A stretch of DNA of 64,000 bases. It comes from an uncultured delta proteobacterium. Its GTDB lineage: Bacteria; Desulfobacterota; Binatia; UBA9968. The notes under the pieces were generated by a model. The model was not told the origin of the DNA, searched no databases, and worked only from the letters and a program-made list of their open reading frames with translations. A program made the position numbers and the translations under genes. The stretch's first letter is position 1, and each line of letters starts with the position of its first letter. Positions 9,745-19,997 of the stretch are shown here, piece after piece. The stretch spans positions 288,001-352,000 of the forward strand of contig CAVUZH010000019.1 of the NCBI GenBank assembly GCA_963745835.1. The letters run 5' to 3'.

Positions 9745-10593
9745 ATGTCTAAGCATACCGCGGATAAGCGTTACCCGAAGAACACCAGGCGAGCGATGTC
9801 TACAGCGCAGTTGATGGAGTTCATTTTGCTCTTCATCGCGGCGACGGTAGCGTTACCCCAAGCTGTCCTGGCTTTCTGCCATGAAATGGAGGTGGTCTGG
9901 AGGCCCATCGTCAGAGTGGCGGCCACCAACTCCCGGCCGGTGGAAATCGAATGGTTCGGACATTCGACATTTCAGATTACCTCGAGCAAAGGCACCCGCA
10001 TTCTTGCCGATCCGCATTCGCGCAGTGATTTGCGCTGGCCAACCCTCGATCAACATGTTGTCACCACCAGTCATCAACATGGCGCGCACAACAATATCTA
10101 TATGGCCAAAGGCAACCCTATAATCTTCCAGGGCCTCACCCCCACCGGAGAAAACTGGAATCCGGTGCATGAGACTATCCGTGACGTTTCGGTTTACTCG
10201 GTTCCCGCCTATCACGACAAGAGCCAGGGCCTGCAACGCGGCAAAAACGCCATCTTCGTTTTTCGCGTCGATGACATTTGCATCGCTCATCTAGGCGATC
10301 TCGGTCACCTGCTGACGCCGCCGCAGCTTAAGCTATTGGGAAAAATAGATGTGCTGCTCGTCCCGGTGGCGGGTGGCATGTTTACCGTGACGCCCAGCGA
10401 AGCGATTGAAGTGACCAAACAGGTCAATCCGCGAATCGCAATTCCGGAGCATTACTGGTGGCAGGGAGCCGCCGACCGCTTCATTAGCGGCTTTCCGCGG
10501 GTTAAACATTCGCCCGGCCCGATTCTCAAAGTTTCCAAACCGGAGTTGCCCCAGCCGGTTGAGATAGTAGTGCTCTCGGAGAATGGACGGTGA
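9745..10593 (+). CDS. MBL-fold metallo-hydrolase, probably exported (start uncertain, possibly 9796 or 9814)
   Basis: WFGHSTF, SHQHGAHN, HLGDLGH, IAIPEHY. Confidence 0.85.
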   Translation: MSKHTADKRYPKNTRRAMSTAQLMEFILLFIAATVALPQAVLAFCHEMEVVWRPIVRVAATNSRPVEIEWFGHSTFQITSSKGTRILADPHSRSDLRWPTLDQHVVTTSHQHGAHNNIYMAKGNPIIFQGLTPTGENWNPVHETIRDVSVYSVPAYHDKSQGLQRGKNAIFVFRVDDICIAHLGDLGHLLTPPQLKLLGKIDVLLVPVAGGMFTVTPSEAIEVTKQVNPRIAIPEHYWWQGAADRFISGFPRVKHSPGPILKVSKPELPQPVEIVVLSENGR

Positions 10594-10696
10594 GTTCGCG
10601 AGATCAAGAAAATTGAAAGGCTAACGCGCATCCTCGACGCAACGGCAAGCCTAAAACACACCCAAGCTGGCCCGAATTGTCTCTAGCATTGTTAGT

Positions 10697-11749
10697 CTAC
10701 CATTTCCGTGTTTCGCCGATGTTAAAGATCCAGGCTTGGTCCTCGTCCATGCCGCGGCGACGGACTTCGGCGAGCATTCGCCCAGGCGGCTCCTCAAGCG
10801 GCTCTTCGGCTAAATCGAATGTCCCCCAGTGAATTCCCAGCAGAATACGCGCGTTCAGATCGATGGACGTTCGTACCGCTTCCTCCGGCGTGGTGTGGAC
10901 GCTTTTCATAATCTCCGGCGGAACATACGCGCCGATAGCGACCGCTGCCAGATCGAATGGACCAAGCTTTCGGCCGATCTCATTGAAGCCGTCGAAATAG
11001 CCGGTGTCACCGCTGAAATACAGTCGCCGCTCAGGGCTCAACATCGCCCATGATGCCCACAGTCGCTCATTACCATCCCATAAGGTTCGTTGTGAGAAAT
11101 GCTGCGCCGGTAAGCAAACGAACTTGACGCCTTTATACTCGCGCTCCTGCCACCAATCGAGTTCCTCGACGTGGTTCATGCCGTTTTTCGCAAACCAAGC
11201 TTTCATACCCAACGGGACTAGAAAAAGCGGATTGTGGGTATCGGCAAGTCGTTTCACCGTGGTGAAGTCCAGATGATCGTAATGATCGTGCGATATGATC
11301 ACGACATGAATCGGCGGCAGGTCCTCGAAAGCTAAGCCGGGCGCGCTCAAGCGCCGCGGCCCGCCCCATGAGACCGGGCTAGCGCGTTCGCTCCACTGCG
11401 GGTCGGTGAGCGCATTGACGCCGTTCATCTGGACTAGCAGAGTCGCATGGCCGACCCAGGTGATGCTCGGGTTGATCAAGCCGGCTTGAAGGGCCTTGCC
11501 GTCGTTAGCCACCCGGGGAGCCTCGAAAGCCCGTGGTGACGTGTAACTCGCCCATAAACGACGCGCCATAAAACGCCAGCGGGTCAAGCGTGATGGCCGT
11601 TGGAAATCATCACCAGTATTCCGGAAGCCGCCGTTGACATGATGCGCAGGCTGGCCGGAGACTGACTGTTCCGTACTCACCCGGCCGCAAGCAGCTAGAC
11701 CCAGGAGCAAACTCAAAAGAAAAGCGGCGTGATGTCGATTACGACGCAT
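10697..11749 (-). CDS. MBL-fold hydrolase, NAPE-PLD/RomA-like lipoprotein
   Basis: TWVGHATLL, TDPQWSERASP, SHDHYDHLD, PAQHFSQR, GDTGY, IHWGTF; lipobox LAAC; start re-assigned to MRRNRH. Confidence 0.88.
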   Translation of the reverse strand: MRRNRHHAAFLLSLLLGLAACGRVSTEQSVSGQPAHHVNGGFRNTGDDFQRPSRLTRWRFMARRLWASYTSPRAFEAPRVANDGKALQAGLINPSITWVGHATLLVQMNGVNALTDPQWSERASPVSWGGPRRLSAPGLAFEDLPPIHVVIISHDHYDHLDFTTVKRLADTHNPLFLVPLGMKAWFAKNGMNHVEELDWWQEREYKGVKFVCLPAQHFSQRTLWDGNERLWASWAMLSPERRLYFSGDTGYFDGFNEIGRKLGPFDLAAVAIGAYVPPEIMKSVHTTPEEAVRTSIDLNARILLGIHWGTFDLAEEPLEEPPGRMLAEVRRRGMDEDQAWIFNIGETRKW

Positions 11750-11917
11750 TTCTCTTTTGTCCAACAAATCGACTGCCGTGACAACCGTGATCCATGGATT
11801 CAGTCGTTCACAGGCGCCTCCCAACCAGATATGCGAGTCTATAAGGAACCCGACTGATCTGGAGCCGGGCAACGGCTGGCTTTGCGAGATTGGACGATTT
11901 TGTGATTGAACAGAGAC

Positions 11918-12268
11918 ATGGCGCAATTAAACGTTGACAAACTACCGGCAGGCCACGAGCTCGATGCTTTGACGGCCGAGCGGGTCTTTGGTTGGAAAGA
12001 TATCGAGCGGCGGGAACACCAACCTTGGGGCAAAAGAAAGGACAAAGGCGGCCGGTGGCGCCCGGCCCGAGTTCCGGATTACTCAACCGATCCTACCTAT
12101 GCCGACGATCTCGAACAGCGGATGAACGAGTTGGGTTTGTTGAAGCAGTATCTTAAAGAGCTTGCAAAAGCTTCCCGCGCCAAAGGCTTGCCCACCGACT
12201 GGGCGCCACCGGATCAACGTTGTCGCGCCGCGATCAGCGCGATTAAGCGCAAAAAAAAGTTGCGCTAA
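11918..12268 (+). CDS. Hypothetical protein resembling phage ABA-sandwich (BC1872-like) domain
   Basis: AGHELDALTAERVFGW...PDYSTD motif pair, recognised from memory. Confidence 0.6.
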   Translation: MAQLNVDKLPAGHELDALTAERVFGWKDIERREHQPWGKRKDKGGRWRPARVPDYSTDPTYADDLEQRMNELGLLKQYLKELAKASRAKGLPTDWAPPDQRCRAAISAIKRKKKLR

Positions 12269-12549
12269 TTACGCAACGGAGAGGTCACGGTAGTGACTTT
12301 GGCTGTGTGCGAACCCCGAACCAACACGTCCAGTAAAATCAACATGTACGACAGATGAGTCCTGCAACCTTCTCATGCTGCGACGGTGCGGCGTATGAAC
12401 GCGAGCGCCGAGTTCCTCTATTTAGGTTTTTATTTAGGTGTCTTAACCATGAGTCGGGCCGGTGCTTGCTCGCTTCAATCCTAACGAAATATTTCGATCA
12501 ACACATTCTTGCTGTAGAAGAGCTTGCAAGGTAATGTACCGACTATTTT

Positions 12550-13902
12550 ATGGCAGCTCTAAACGTGGCTTCGGCGACTCTGGCGGTTTTTCTGTCATCA
12601 GCTGCTTTTGTGGCACTCAAACCTTCTGGCTATCAAGGGCGGCAGGCTCCTCGTGCGCCCCACGCTTCAGTCCACGTGCAGCGCGGCGACAGAGTTCAGA
12701 AGGATTACGATAATTATACTAAACGTCTCCACGCTTATTACGAATCGCTTGTGGATGCTTTACAGAGCGGCGCCCCTGCGCTGCTTCCAATTGTCGAGCC
12801 ACCCAATCCGTTGCAGCACGGCTATCAGATTTTACCGAACATCGTTGCCGACCCAGCGTCATCGACGCGACCCGCCCGCGCGCGATCAGCGCAGTACAGT
12901 TGGCCTTGGACGGATCATTTGATCGACAGGGCATCGAGTGAGGTAGGCCGATCCGCGCACGACTTGAAGCGCGCCTCATCGCTTGAGCCGAAAATGCGGC
13001 AGATCGCTTACCAACAGCTTGCAGCGCGATATCGGCAGATCCGCCAGCAGCAGCAAAATATCGATGCCCATATCCAGTATAATCGGCTATGGCAAGAAGC
13101 GATCGCTGCAAATCGATCAAAATACGATAGGGAGAGCGTGCTTCATGATCGGGTGCTGGAGCGTCAGGAGGTTGTCGAAGTTTTCAATGCTAGGTACGCT
13201 GCTGCCCTAACGAGCGCGCATGGAACAACCAAACAGGTGGTTGTGGCGAATTTAAACAAATTAAGCAGCGGTTTAACGGAGAAGGCAAATCTGCTGGGCC
13301 GCGAGATCGATGCAGCTAGAGATCTTTCTTTTGATACCCCGGGCTATGTTCGCGTCGAGCAGCAAATTAGTAATTGGATCATCCACGTACCGTTTTACAC
13401 CGATATTCAAGATAACGCGTTTGTACAATCCGCCAAGACAGCGATAGAAGACATTTGGCACCTGCGCAGCGGCAAAGACGACTTCAGTATCCAGCTTCAT
13501 TTTTCCTATGTATCTCCTGAACATCTTTACGGCACCGATAAATTACCACGTAGCGGGCAGCGCGTGAATATCCAGAAGCATGTTGAACAATTTCCCGCAG
13601 ACGGCGCGGTCCTTACAACCGGCGCGAGAACGACTCATGTAGATGGGCGAGCGATTATTCTAGGCCCGCATGATATTACCAAACGTGTTTTGGCGCACGA
13701 GTTTGGTCATATCCTCGGGTTTAGAGACGCTTACTTTCGCGGCTATAAAGATCTTGGTGAAGATGGATTGCAGGTGATGGAAATCGTCGCCAATTCTAAT
13801 GACATAATGGGCGACCCCGCCACAGGAGAGGTCTTGCGTCGGCATTATGAAAGGCTCACTTCAGACGCGACCAGGAACCGTCCAGATCCTGGCTGTTTTT
13901 GA
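12550..13902 (+). CDS. Secreted zinc metalloprotease-like protein (metzincin motif)
   Basis: N-terminal hydrophobic signal; HEFGHILGFRD (HExxHxxGxxD) followed by DIMG Met-turn. Confidence 0.7.
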   Translation: MAALNVASATLAVFLSSAAFVALKPSGYQGRQAPRAPHASVHVQRGDRVQKDYDNYTKRLHAYYESLVDALQSGAPALLPIVEPPNPLQHGYQILPNIVADPASSTRPARARSAQYSWPWTDHLIDRASSEVGRSAHDLKRASSLEPKMRQIAYQQLAARYRQIRQQQQNIDAHIQYNRLWQEAIAANRSKYDRESVLHDRVLERQEVVEVFNARYAAALTSAHGTTKQVVVANLNKLSSGLTEKANLLGREIDAARDLSFDTPGYVRVEQQISNWIIHVPFYTDIQDNAFVQSAKTAIEDIWHLRSGKDDFSIQLHFSYVSPEHLYGTDKLPRSGQRVNIQKHVEQFPADGAVLTTGARTTHVDGRAIILGPHDITKRVLAHEFGHILGFRDAYFRGYKDLGEDGLQVMEIVANSNDIMGDPATGEVLRRHYERLTSDATRNRPDPGCF

Positions 13903-14004
13903 TTCGAAAATGGACGTCGAAGATAAGCGAATAACAACATGACCAACTCAAAGTTTGACGGATCTCGATCCAACGAGATCCGTCAAACTGAAAGCTCCGC
14001 AAAA

Positions 14005-14394
14005 TCACACCTCACGACTTCCGCTACGAGACGCAGCTACAATAGCAACAACCACAATTGCAAACACACCTAAGCCAACGAAGAGCGCAACGGTCGAGTC
14101 CATTCCCAAGAATCCGCCGCTAGATGAACCCGCAGGCCCGGATGGTCCTTGAGGACCAGGCGCGCCAGCAGGACCCTGGGGACCCGGTGCTCCTCTTTCA
14201 CCTTCGCTAGGCTGTGGAACCCGGCTTCGATTTTCTTTGTCTCCTTGAATTCGCACATCAAAGTTCGTATCGCCGGCGCGACCTTCTACTTTCGCTCCCT
14301 CATTCTTACGCTGCGAATCCTGGGCTGACACATAGCTAGCCCCCGACACAGATAGAACGAATAGAGATAAAATCGCCATCAGATATTTTTTCAT
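14005..14394 (-). CDS. Small exported, membrane-anchored protein with short collagen-like Gly-X-Y tract
   Basis: Signal peptide; GERGAPGPQGPAGAPGPQGPSGPAGS; C-terminal TM; GGAGG RBS. Confidence 0.75.
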   Translation of the reverse strand: MKKYLMAILSLFVLSVSGASYVSAQDSQRKNEGAKVEGRAGDTNFDVRIQGDKENRSRVPQPSEGERGAPGPQGPAGAPGPQGPSGPAGSSSGGFLGMDSTVALFVGLGVFAIVVVAIVAASRSGSREV

Positions 14395-14491
14395 TTCTCA
14401 CCTCCTCTTTGTATCTTATACCCATTGCTGAAAACAACAGTTACAACTGCCCGGAGTATAAGGCAGCTGCAAAGAGCATGTGGACAGGTGC

Positions 14492-14507
14492 AGCCAAACT
14501 CATGCCA
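14492..14507 (-). promoter_or_regulatory. Possible sigma-54 promoter for the collagen-like gene
   Basis: Minus strand TGGCAT-GAGTT-TGGCT, GG-N10-GC spacing. Confidence 0.4.
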
Positions 14508-14834
14508 ACTGAAAATCATAGGGATGTGAGATCGCGAAGCCCGCAAACAAATCAACGTCCCAAACGTAAGACGACGACATCATGTAGCGGGAGTTAAGTG
14601 TCACTGATACTTGTAATCCAGCGAATAGCAGAATACTTATGCCGCCCCAATCAAGGCGAGCCGGGCAGTGTTTCATTGATGGTTCGACCCGTCTCACGTT
14701 TGGAACGGGATAGTGCCGTAGGCGGCTTCAAAATTAGGATTTCTTGGGCTTATACGCGTTATGTTTTTTGTGGCGAGAATATTGCTGAAGGCTCGATCCA
14801 CGAGGAACGGATTGACCACAGGATTGAGGCCGCA

Positions 14835-14981
14835 ATGATCACAACCGAATTAGGAGTTATTCTAGCAAGGCTATTCTATGGCGGGCTTCTCGCAATTTGT
14901 ATCTTTTTACTCGGGCAGTTGCTGCCACTCGTTTATGTGTTCGTATCGGGGAGCACTCTAGAGAAGCCTTTGCTCTTCTAG
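14835..14981 (+). CDS. Putative small membrane protein (48 aa)
   Basis: GAGG upstream of ATG; MITTELGVILARLFYGGLLAICIFLLGQLLPLVYVFV is hydrophobic. Confidence 0.35.
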   Translation: MITTELGVILARLFYGGLLAICIFLLGQLLPLVYVFVSGSTLEKPLLF

Positions 14982-15943
14982 CGAAGTTCTTTACCGAAAA
15001 ATTTTTCGAAGAATTTCTCTTCAGCAAGCTGATCAACAATGCTGTTGTCGATGACTCTCGACGCGAGAGCATCGGCAGTAACGCCTTTCACTTGGTCGAA
15101 TTCCAACAAGACTGGAATCGCCCGCGAATCGAAGCGCGGAATACGCTCGGTATAGGTTTTTACCAAGGAGTAAGTTTCATCGAGAAAGGCAGGATCCGAT
15201 CGTCGCAAGTACTTGGCCAGAATGTTCACCGCTCGTTCCTTGTCCTGAACCATCATAGCTACACCTTCAACGTATGCGCGTAGAAGCCGTTCCAGGGTTT
15301 CTCGATTGCTTTGAAGAAAGCTTTGCGTCACTCCGATGATACTCATCGGATATGGGATGTCCAAATCAGCGGCATTAACTAGGGGCCGAGCGGTTATCCG
15401 CGGTTTTATGGTAGTAAGCATGCCGGCGATCATCTTCTGCTCGAACGCCGCTTGTACCGCGGGCGTCTCGCCCAGGGGTCTCAACGTAACGCTTTTTTCC
15501 AATCCGAATTTCCGGAGCACCAGTGTGGATAAAGCGTGGGTCGAGGAACCGTAACGCGTAATGCCTAAGACCTGATTTCTCAATTGATCAGGTTTGGTGA
15601 TGTCGGGTTGCACGTAAAGTGTTACAGGCGGACGGTTCATTTGCGATGCGATAGCAACGAGTGGCGCGCCGCGCGCTGCGGCGCTCACGATGCCGCTGCT
15701 GCCTGCAACCATGACGTCGATGCTGCCGCCAAGCAGAGCCTGAACATTCGTACCGCTCGAAGGAATATAAACAAACTGAACGTCCAGACCGTATTTTTTA
15801 AACGCACCGCTTCCTTCCGCCATCCAGATGCCGGCAATGTTTGCCGCAATGGCCGCATAAGAAATCCGTAAAGGCGCCGCTGCCGCTCGCCCTGCACCAG
15901 TCAGGAACAAAATCGCTAATAAGGCTGCTGCCATTCTTCTCAT
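14978..15943 (-). CDS. ABC transporter substrate-binding protein (SsuA/NMT1/THI5-like)
   Basis: Signal peptide; GAFKKYGLDVQ, ALLGGSID, LGITRYGSST. Confidence 0.88.
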   Translation of the reverse strand: MRRMAAALLAILFLTGAGRAAAAPLRISYAAIAANIAGIWMAEGSGAFKKYGLDVQFVYIPSSGTNVQALLGGSIDVMVAGSSGIVSAAARGAPLVAIASQMNRPPVTLYVQPDITKPDQLRNQVLGITRYGSSTHALSTLVLRKFGLEKSVTLRPLGETPAVQAAFEQKMIAGMLTTIKPRITARPLVNAADLDIPYPMSIIGVTQSFLQSNRETLERLLRAYVEGVAMMVQDKERAVNILAKYLRRSDPAFLDETYSLVKTYTERIPRFDSRAIPVLLEFDQVKGVTADALASRVIDNSIVDQLAEEKFFEKFFGKELR

Positions 15944-15977
15944 GTCAATTTGCTTTCATCCGTTCTTCCGAATGCGA

Positions 15978-16820
15978 CTATACATCCCAACCTTCTTCAG
16001 AAAGATCGATTTCGTTTCCGTCCGGATCCTTCAAATAGACAGCTTTGTACGGGCTGCTCGCCGGACGTTCACGGAGTTCTATAGAAGTCTCACCGGGATA
16101 AAGAAACTCGGCTGATTGCTGCAAGCGTTCGCCAATTTCTTTGATATTCTCAACTTTAATGCCGAGCAACTGCACGCCGCGTTTTGCGATCGGCGAGTTC
16201 TTAACCAGCGCCATATTCATCATTCCATCCGAAAGGTAAACTGCAGTCATGCCGGTGTCTTTGGTTTCGACCCTTCCTATGGGCTTCATGTCCAGCGCAA
16301 ATCGGTAAAACTCCGCCAGGTGATCGGGATCCGCAGCGCCAAAGGCGACGTGGCGTGCCGCTGCCGATTTCTTCTCCGGTCCTGGATCCCAAACTCGTTG
16401 GCTCAGCTCGATGTCATTGACCTCCGGATCCAAAAATCGTTGATCTTCATAACGCCCGTCTGACGGGCTCGCCACTGGCGTAATGGCCGGTTTGAGGCTG
16501 GCGAGCTTTCGGTTCGTTTCAGCAAGATCATCGACCTGGAAACCGATATGATTGATGCCTACTTCGGGAAGAATGACTTTTCCTTCCACAACCACGCCGG
16601 CGCCGCGACTATGGCCAAGATTTGAAGATTGTTTTTCCCGGGCGCCCCCCTGGCGAATCTGCAGACAATTTAAATTAAAATAGCCATCGCCAATGTAATA
16701 CGCGAAAGGACTGTTTTGCACTGGGTTCCAAACTTCATTCCAACCAAAAACGATTCTATAGAACCGGGCCAACCGCCGGTTATTCTTCGTGCACATAGCC
16801 ATGTGCGTTATTCTACCCAT
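15978..16820 (-). CDS. Two-domain VOC (glyoxalase/dioxygenase-like) protein
   Basis: ITHMA, GINHIGFQV, YLKDPDGNEIDL. Confidence 0.85.
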   Translation of the reverse strand: MGRITHMAMCTKNNRRLARFYRIVFGWNEVWNPVQNSPFAYYIGDGYFNLNCLQIRQGGAREKQSSNLGHSRGAGVVVEGKVILPEVGINHIGFQVDDLAETNRKLASLKPAITPVASPSDGRYEDQRFLDPEVNDIELSQRVWDPGPEKKSAAARHVAFGAADPDHLAEFYRFALDMKPIGRVETKDTGMTAVYLSDGMMNMALVKNSPIAKRGVQLLGIKVENIKEIGERLQQSAEFLYPGETSIELRERPASSPYKAVYLKDPDGNEIDLSEEGWDV

Positions 16821-16915
16821 GATTAATCCTCCTGATTTGTAGCACTTCGATACTTACGGGCTTACGTGACTGTTAGACCCGAAGCTCACACATACGGCGG
16901 TAGCGTCGACAACAT

Positions 16916-17887
16916 CTAGAACTTGCCGTCGGTTTTCAATTCTCTCATGAGGCTCCAGTCGACTACCCGACTGAGAGGAATATCTTTTGTTATCTTAAGC
17001 CGTTCCTTGGTTAGCTCCAGATTAAGACCAAGCCCTTTATCGGAGATCATGCCGTCGTCGGTAAAAGACTGGATTGAGACATCATAGGCGCGGCCCGCTT
17101 GCTCCGGTGTAATACCGAGAAAGTCAGCCATCATCTTGACGGTTTCCTGACGGTTATCTTTCATGAACCGAGTTCCTCTGAGCACCGCCCGGAGCACCTT
17201 TTTCACCTGAGCTCGATCCGTGGCCAATTTCTTTTCTAATACCGCGACGCCGGAGATCGGAAGATCGACGATCTCGGCTAAGTTGACGAGGCGCTTCAAT
17301 CCTTCTTCTTCTGCCTTAACCGCAAATGCGATGTCGATCGGTGTAGCGTCAATGAGGTTTCCTTTCAGAGCGGCGACGCGATTGGGACTCGAGCCGGTTA
17401 CGAGCACCTTGATATCGCGATTAGGATCGAGCCCATAGTGCTTAGCCGCCACGCGGGCGAGGTATTCCATCGTTCCGGCAAATGAGTCGACGCCGATCCT
17501 TTTGTCCTTGAGATCTTTACCGGATTGGATTTCCGGCCGAGCCATAAGGACGTGGAGCGGTCGGGCGGCAATGCCGGCGACCACTCGCAACGGAACTCCG
17601 GTGATGGCGGCGCGAAGGGCCGATCCCCACGAGAGAGAATAATCGACGTCGCCGGCGACAAGCGCCATCACCGCGACCTGAGGCTGCATTTGCACTTTAA
17701 CAATCTCGAGCCCTTCATCTCTGAAAAATCCGCGCACGGTCGAGATCTGGATGGGAAACTCGAACAAGCCCGGGCTGAGGCTGGCCATCACCACACGCTC
17801 AGCGGCTGAGGCGGACGTAAATGACAGGAAGGAGAACAGAACGGCTCGAATGCAGATTCGAGATATTTGGATTTGCATAGCGATCAT
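16916..17887 (-). CDS. ABC transporter substrate-binding protein (SsuA/NMT1-like)
   Basis: Signal peptide; GFFRDEGLEI, ALVAGDVDY, DLKDKRIGV. Confidence 0.88.
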   Translation of the reverse strand: MIAMQIQISRICIRAVLFSFLSFTSASAAERVVMASLSPGLFEFPIQISTVRGFFRDEGLEIVKVQMQPQVAVMALVAGDVDYSLSWGSALRAAITGVPLRVVAGIAARPLHVLMARPEIQSGKDLKDKRIGVDSFAGTMEYLARVAAKHYGLDPNRDIKVLVTGSSPNRVAALKGNLIDATPIDIAFAVKAEEEGLKRLVNLAEIVDLPISGVAVLEKKLATDRAQVKKVLRAVLRGTRFMKDNRQETVKMMADFLGITPEQAGRAYDVSIQSFTDDGMISDKGLGLNLELTKERLKITKDIPLSRVVDWSLMRELKTDGKF

Positions 17888-18011
17888 TGGGTGCGCCTTG
17901 CCGCGAGTATAAGTAAATCAAGCTCCGTACGTCGCCTATTGCCTATATCTTACTTTTTTCCCCGTGTCTCCCTTTGACACACGGCATCTGCGCGGTATAG
18001 AGATCCGGCCT

Positions 18012-18977
18012 ATGGTAAAATTCCTTTTCTTTGCCCTCGTCGGCAGCGCCGCTCTCTTCAATTCCGCTTATACCTTCGGGCAAGCGCTGGAAACTGTCAG
18101 GGTCGGTATACCCAGTCCCTCTCTCTCCGTCCTCGCGCTGCGAACAGCTCAGGTTAAAAATCTGTTTCGCGAAGAAGGACTAGATGTATCTCTCATACAA
18201 CTGGCGACAAACGTTACGATTACAGCCTTGACCACCAAAGAAGTCGACTACGCCACGGCGTCGGTCGCCGCCATGCGCAGCGCGATCTCGGGATTGCCGG
18301 TCAGGACGGTAATGTTCGTCGTGCGCCGGCCGTTGCATGTCCTGGTGGCTAGACCGGAGATCAATTCTGTCCAAGACTTGCGCGGCAAGATCGTCAGCAT
18401 CGGCGCTTATAACGACCTCACCGACTTCGTCCTGCGCGCCATTCTTGGGCGCCATAATTTAGATCGAGAAAAGGACATCAAAAATCTTGTCATTTCCGGA
18501 AGCGGCTCGCGTTTGACCGCGCTCCTCACCGGAACCATCGATGGAGCGATACTGCCGCCGCCTTTCAATGTCGAGGCAGAAAAGAAGGGATTCAAACGCT
18601 TGGCCTCGGGAGCCGATGTTTACGAAGGCGGGATTACCGGTTTGAGCACGCATACCGATAAGTTGAGGGACAATCCGCATCAGATCAGAAAAATGATCCG
18701 CGCATTACTGAAAGGCCACTCGTTTCTCAAAACAAACAAAGCGGAATCGGTCAAATTGATTTCCGATTGGCTAAAGATGGACTCGTCGGTAGCCGGCGCT
18801 TCTTATGACATGTACTTGAACGCTCTAAGTGATGACGGGCTGGTCAGTGACCGCGCACTCATGCTCGATATCGCGCGGACGCGCGAAGCGATGAAGATTA
18901 AAGACGAAGTGCCATTGTCTAGAGTTGTCGACTTCTCGCTGGTCAAAGAGATCTCGGGACGACCTTCCAACCGCTAA
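18012..18977 (+). CDS. ABC transporter substrate-binding protein (SsuA/NMT1-like)
   Basis: Signal MVKFLFFALVG; LFREEGLDV, DLRGKIV, ILPPPF. Confidence 0.88.
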   Translation: MVKFLFFALVGSAALFNSAYTFGQALETVRVGIPSPSLSVLALRTAQVKNLFREEGLDVSLIQLATNVTITALTTKEVDYATASVAAMRSAISGLPVRTVMFVVRRPLHVLVARPEINSVQDLRGKIVSIGAYNDLTDFVLRAILGRHNLDREKDIKNLVISGSGSRLTALLTGTIDGAILPPPFNVEAEKKGFKRLASGADVYEGGITGLSTHTDKLRDNPHQIRKMIRALLKGHSFLKTNKAESVKLISDWLKMDSSVAGASYDMYLNALSDDGLVSDRALMLDIARTREAMKIKDEVPLSRVVDFSLVKEISGRPSNR

Positions 18978-18983
18978 GTCTCT

Positions 18984-19991
18984 TCATTCGCTAAGCTCCC
19001 AGGTGCTGGGCGCGAAAAGATCATACGGCGTAATCGATCTTGCGCTTATTCCCTGCGCGTCACAGTACGAAAGGAACTTAGTCAGCGCGGCGAAATTCGC
19101 TTTCAATCCATAAGCCCAGGGATCGCGCCCTTCGAAAAGCGCGCGCTCATCATCGACATACCGATTCATCCAGGCCAGATTCAAACTGGGAACCGACCGC
19201 ATCCAGTCCCGGCCGAGCTTCTTGGCCTGACTAAAAAGCTCAAAAAGTTTTGCCGGCAGCTCCGGATAACGTTCAAACACTGCTCGGCGTGCAACCACGA
19301 CATGCATGATCGGAATGATTCCGGTGTTTTTATAGTAACTTAATTCCGCTTCTCGGACGTTTGTAAACAATGGCCTTACGCGGGCATGTCCAGCAAGCCA
19401 ATCGTACTTTCGATTTTCGGTGATCATGAGCACATCGATCTTTCCATCGACGAGCGCGCGGCAACTCATCTCGTACTCATCGTTTCCTTCCCCTTCAAGG
19501 TGCCTTATGATCGAACCGTCACGCGGCATGATCTTTTCTTCCACACGGTTTTCATGCCAATGATGAAGAGCCGAGACATACCAATCGGTGTCTTTTGCTG
19601 AGAGGTTATGCTCGTCGACCAGCATCCCTCGCAGCCAGATAAAAGCGGTCTGGACCCAGCGAAGACCGCCGATCTTTTTGCCGGTTAAATCTTCCGGCCC
19701 CCGTATGCCCGCCGTTCCATTGCAGAACATGAAGCCGTGCCGAAATAATCGCGACGGAAAAACCGGGATGCCGATAAAATCGCACTGATCTCGCGTCAGA
19801 TAATAGATCATTTCGGCAAGCGACATCTCAGCAACGTCATACTCGCCCTTGAACATTCCTGAAAACATTTTGACGACGTCATTGACTTCGTTGACCTGCA
19901 GGTCGATGCCTTGAGGGCGAAGCGCGCCGCGAATAATAGCGTTGGTGCCGTCGTAGTTGCGGCAGGCGAGGGTTATGGAACGGTCAGCCAT
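18984..19991 (-). CDS. 4,5-dihydroxyphthalate decarboxylase-like protein
   Basis: ITLACRNYD, YDVAEMSL, IPVFPSRLFRH, TGIIPIMHVV, DPWAYGL..N. Confidence 0.8.
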   Translation of the reverse strand: MADRSITLACRNYDGTNAIIRGALRPQGIDLQVNEVNDVVKMFSGMFKGEYDVAEMSLAEMIYYLTRDQCDFIGIPVFPSRLFRHGFMFCNGTAGIRGPEDLTGKKIGGLRWVQTAFIWLRGMLVDEHNLSAKDTDWYVSALHHWHENRVEEKIMPRDGSIIRHLEGEGNDEYEMSCRALVDGKIDVLMITENRKYDWLAGHARVRPLFTNVREAELSYYKNTGIIPIMHVVVARRAVFERYPELPAKLFELFSQAKKLGRDWMRSVPSLNLAWMNRYVDDERALFEGRDPWAYGLKANFAALTKFLSYCDAQGISARSITPYDLFAPSTWELSE

Positions 19992-19997
19992 TCGAAC

